From Polymyxa betae A26-41 (Eukaryota; Protista; Endomyxa: Phytomyxea), in the NCBI GenBank assembly GCA_003693705.1, contig RBZT01000098.1, positions 1-40,136 on the forward strand: a stretch of 40,136 nt of DNA. The letters run 5' to 3'. Position numbers and translations under genes: made by a program. The notes beneath the pieces are model-generated. The model did not search any database, was not told where the DNA came from, and worked only from the letters and a program-made list of their open reading frames with translations. Shown in pieces: positions 36,826 to 40,136 of this stretch (the stretch's first letter is position 1; the number at the start of each line of letters is the position of its first letter).

Positions 36826-38679
36826 TTATTCAGAATCCGGTACAATATCGCCTTCTTCAATCTCGTCGTTGTCCTCTGCGGAGGTAGAAGTAACAGCGGA
36901 ATCAGGTCGGACGGCGGTTGATGAAACTTCGACGCTGTCTGTTGCCTGAACGGCATCTATCTCATCATCGCGAATCTCTCCATCTTCGTAAACATCGTTA
37001 TCCGAATGCCAATCCCCATCTCGACTCACAACATATATTTGATCGGTCTACAACATTGAATAAACCCTAAACCCTAACCAATTCGCAATAGTCACGGACC
37101 TGTGGTGGCGACCTTTGCATTTCGTCGTGGTGACCCGACTTGCAATCATGATTGTGATCCGCGGCTTTTACATGATGATCGCCCTAAAATTTCGATCAAA
37201 ACCCTAAACCCTAATTGTCGGCCCCTGTGGTACCAATTGTTGCCTTTCGGCTTCATTATTATCCGTTTTCCAATCATCATTTGAACGCGCGCACTACAAT
37301 ACTCATAAGAACTTGAGCCCTTATAGAAGACCGTCACCGACCTGAGGCAGCCACCATGCCATTTCGGCTTCGTCAACTTCTTCATTCTTCATGGATCCCT
37401 AAGACACAACAGTGAGCTCTAAACCCTAGCCCGACGCATCCACCGACTTGTTGTATCCGAAACTGCCTTTCAAAATCCTCATACGTCGTCATAGCACCAA
37501 ATGGACACTTCGGATACGCTCGACGATGCACCTATGTTTTATGTTGACAACCCTAAACCCTAACCAAAAGGCGCAGATTACCTCACGCTGTAAACGTCGC
37601 AATTCCAATAACTCGTGATCCAGGCTCCAGTGGTAATCGTTGTTCTTCATATAAACTGGATGATGGGCCTACGAAATTCGATTAAAACCCTAAACCCTAG
37701 ACAAGGCAACCGCTACGTGAGTTGGCAGCCGCCGTTTCATTCTTGCAATCTTTCGGAAAGCCAGACTTTGTGTCGGGTCCGATTCCTCCAACAAGTCGTC
37801 ATCGCTTTCTTCGGACTCCGGCTGGGAGTCCGTCGCCGCCTCAAGATCGCTCCAATCCAGGTCCGGGTCCGGATGCGGACTCGACGCCCGCAACGACCGC
37901 TGTTCGTGCGTGAAATCCGGCTGGGCGAACAGCTCATCGAACCCGACGCCGAGATAATTGGGCGAATTCGTCGGAGGTCGTAGATCTGCAAGGAACTCAT
38001 TCAATCTCGTAGTGATTTCCATAGCTGAGGGAGTTGAGAGATGCAGCGGATCTCGGTTACGTCCAGAACCTGAGCGAGCTTCATTTGGAGGATCAACGGG
38101 TGTCTGTTGAAGGAGAGGCGGTGCTGATACACGACGAGCTGGTGTATCCGGCACGGCCGGGAACAATCGCGAAAACGACTCGGTGAGAGACGGGCTTGGC
38201 GGTGACCGCGGCCCATCCAATTGTGCCTCCGCCTGGCTATCCGGACTGTAATACGGCGAACTATCCCACTCATCATCAGCGCCATCCGAAGGTGTGATCG
38301 TCAGGGTGATATTCGGATCGGGGTGCGGCGGGAATCCGCTACAGTAGCACCGGGCTCGAGGGATAAGATCCGACAAGCTGTCCCATAGAATGCCGAGATC
38401 GCCATACAGATTGACATTGCAAGGCGAGTCTTCGGAGTCCCAACCGCGGCGAGCTGGTGGAGAATCGGAGTAGATTGGAGGCGGAGTTAAGGGCGGCAGA
38501 GTCGAACTTGAAGAGCGCGAAGATGATATTGAGAATGATGGGTCCGAGCGCGGGCTTGCGAGCGCATGCGGTGGGCTTGGCGCGGAAATAGGGCTGCGAG
38601 AGCGGGAGTTGCGTTCGGCTTGAGCGTCCCAGCAAACGAACGACGACCCATTCTCATCGAGATCAGAGATGTCGCTCAT
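36826..38679 (-). CDS. Largely disordered Ser/Pro/Asp-rich protein (~518 aa), 7 exons
   Basis: Exons 38679-37717, 37668-37582, 37531-37448, 37398-37342, 37293-37234, 37183-37100 and 37047-36826 are all multiples of 3 with no internal stops. The start codon is uncertain because the ORF is open to 38829. Confidence 0.8.
37061..37700 (-). repeat. Cluster of interstitial telomeric motifs (TTTAGGG), one per intron
   Basis: AAACCCTAAACCCTA-type motifs at 37061-37079, 37198-37214, 37420-37429 (single unit plus a degenerate one), 37549-37565 and 37684-37700. Confidence 0.9.
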
Positions 38680-39884
38680 GAAGAAATCGTTCTGAGCAAA
38701 TATCTTCTGTAACGGCGTCTCATAATCAATGACGAGTTGTTCGACGACTTCGGACGGCGACTGGGACGTCTCGATCCTGGTCTTGCCAGTTTGCACTTTG
38801 TAGCAACTCCAAATCGTTGCTGAGCTCACGCCATATCAGATTGTGTGCCGACTAGCAGACTGCCTTCAGCTCTTGCAATCTCAGGTCCTTACTATTTTTG
38901 AGAAGTGCTCTATTGAGCCATGATCGTGCCAGTTGGCACTCTTCAGCAGATGAGAAGTTCAATCCCCGTTGACGTTTCTGAGACATTTCTGCTAGCAATA
39001 ATGATTTGCCGTCGCAACGGAAAACCCACTCGTTTTCCAGTCCTACCCTCGCAGTTTACAGATAGCTGTAAAAATTTTACCGTTTTCCGTCATGGGGTGG
39101 AACCAAAAATCTGTATTTTTTACTGAAAATTACAGTTACCGCGGCATTTTCGGTCCGCTGGTTAGCATGTCGCTCGGTGTTATCAAAATGTCCGTAATAT
39201 TTGTCCGTAAATCTCGCTGTTTTCGCAATTGCCGCCAATCTGAATTTGGGAATCAAAATCTGAATTTGGGAATCTACCGTAGCGATTGCTGTTTGATAGT
39301 GCTAATCGCTCCCTCTACTGCCAAGCAAAGACATCAGCGATTTCGCACACAAGTTTGACCTGCAATGTTGTTATGGACTACGTCTATGTTATGACCCCGA
39401 ACAAATGTGTAATGTTTCATCAGGCTAAAAAATTAGGCAAAATTCAACATCGCACACTGTAAGCAGCAATAGACAAATCCCAACATCGACATAATCCAAC
39501 AGTCATCGTTCACGTCATCAAAGTTTTGTCAAATTTTCGCAAATCGAGTTCGCTGTCAATGCGTATGTCGATTCTGATGGCTATACGAATGTGTCTGGTT
39601 AAGTCCATTACGACAATTCTGGATACGCGGCCGACGATGCTGTTGAACATCGTAGATTTGGTTTCACGAATTGTGAATCCAACACTGCCTGTATAGGTAC
39701 AATTGGATTGGATTTTGTCTAGTTCGTTGATTTTGCCAACAAAAGGCGCGATATCCAAAGCGATAGGCCAATAGTATCTTGGCATTGCCTTGATAGCTAT
39801 CAGTGCAGCAACTACCAATATTGGAGCTATATACTCCTATATGATCATAGTAGGACTCGAATCCTACTACGAATCCTGATGACC

Positions 39885-39905
39885 GGGTTTTTAGGGTTTT
39901 AGGGT
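39885..39905 (+). repeat. Interstitial telomeric repeat (TTTTAGGG-type)
   Basis: GGGTTTTTAGGGTTTTAGGGT. Confidence 0.8.
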
Positions 39906-40136
39906 CTGATGGATGGCAACTCGGCCCTATCAGCAGGACCTGTGAGAGTCTCTAATACTCCCCTACTGGTTTCCCAGTATAATATCGTCCTTATATAAGG
40001 CAGCCTTTCTTGTGTGCGCAGGCCAGGTATTTGGCCATGAATGTTTCGTGTGTGTATTAGAGCTTATTGGGAATTTCAAATTCTTCGTATTTCTCTCTCT
40101 GATTCCTGAATCTTTTTCGTTTAATCAGTTTGTGTT

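Noticed and set aside
37061-37700. Telomeric motifs as a chromosome end or a CRISPR-like repeat-spacer array
   Set aside because: They are only one or two units long, and the intervening segments are in-frame exons bounded by GT/AG.
38900-39280. TTTTCCG/TCCGTAA-rich segment with a short tandem duplication (AATCTGAATTTGGGAATC) as a MITE
   Set aside because: No clear terminal inverted repeats or target-site duplication found.

Overview
Eukaryotic nuclear DNA, not prokaryotic. It has short (~48-62 nt) GT-AG introns, Pol III tRNA genes and interstitial TTTAGGG/TTAGGG/TTTTAGGG repeats; a compact-genome protist such as a plasmodiophorid is plausible but this is inference only. The left ~13.5 kb is a nested graveyard of decayed transposons: Tc1-like fragments, Copia gag and RNase H/LTR pieces, a TIR-bounded pogo-type element whose transposase appears spliced to an OTU-protease-like domain, a LINE split by an 846-bp hAT element with a perfect 8-bp TSD, and a Crypton tyrosine-recombinase remnant. 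The 13.5-28 kb region mixes degenerate genes, a hAT remnant, MITE-like fold-backs and two signal-peptide genes. From tRNA-Asp (28446) the window is gene-dense: an 11-exon TEY MAP kinase, an EGF-repeat membrane protein, signal peptide peptidase, tRNA-Leu, a secreted protein ending in an RVxF-type PP1-docking motif, and a 7-exon disordered protein. The most striking pattern is in that last gene. All six introns are phase 0 and 48-52 nt, and five carry a telomere-type TAGGGTTT motif (four a full TAGGGTTTAGGG dimer) at a near-fixed position. Telomeric units also occur in another intron and in only one arm of an inverted repeat. All gene models were spliced by eye and need RNA-seq or homology confirmation.
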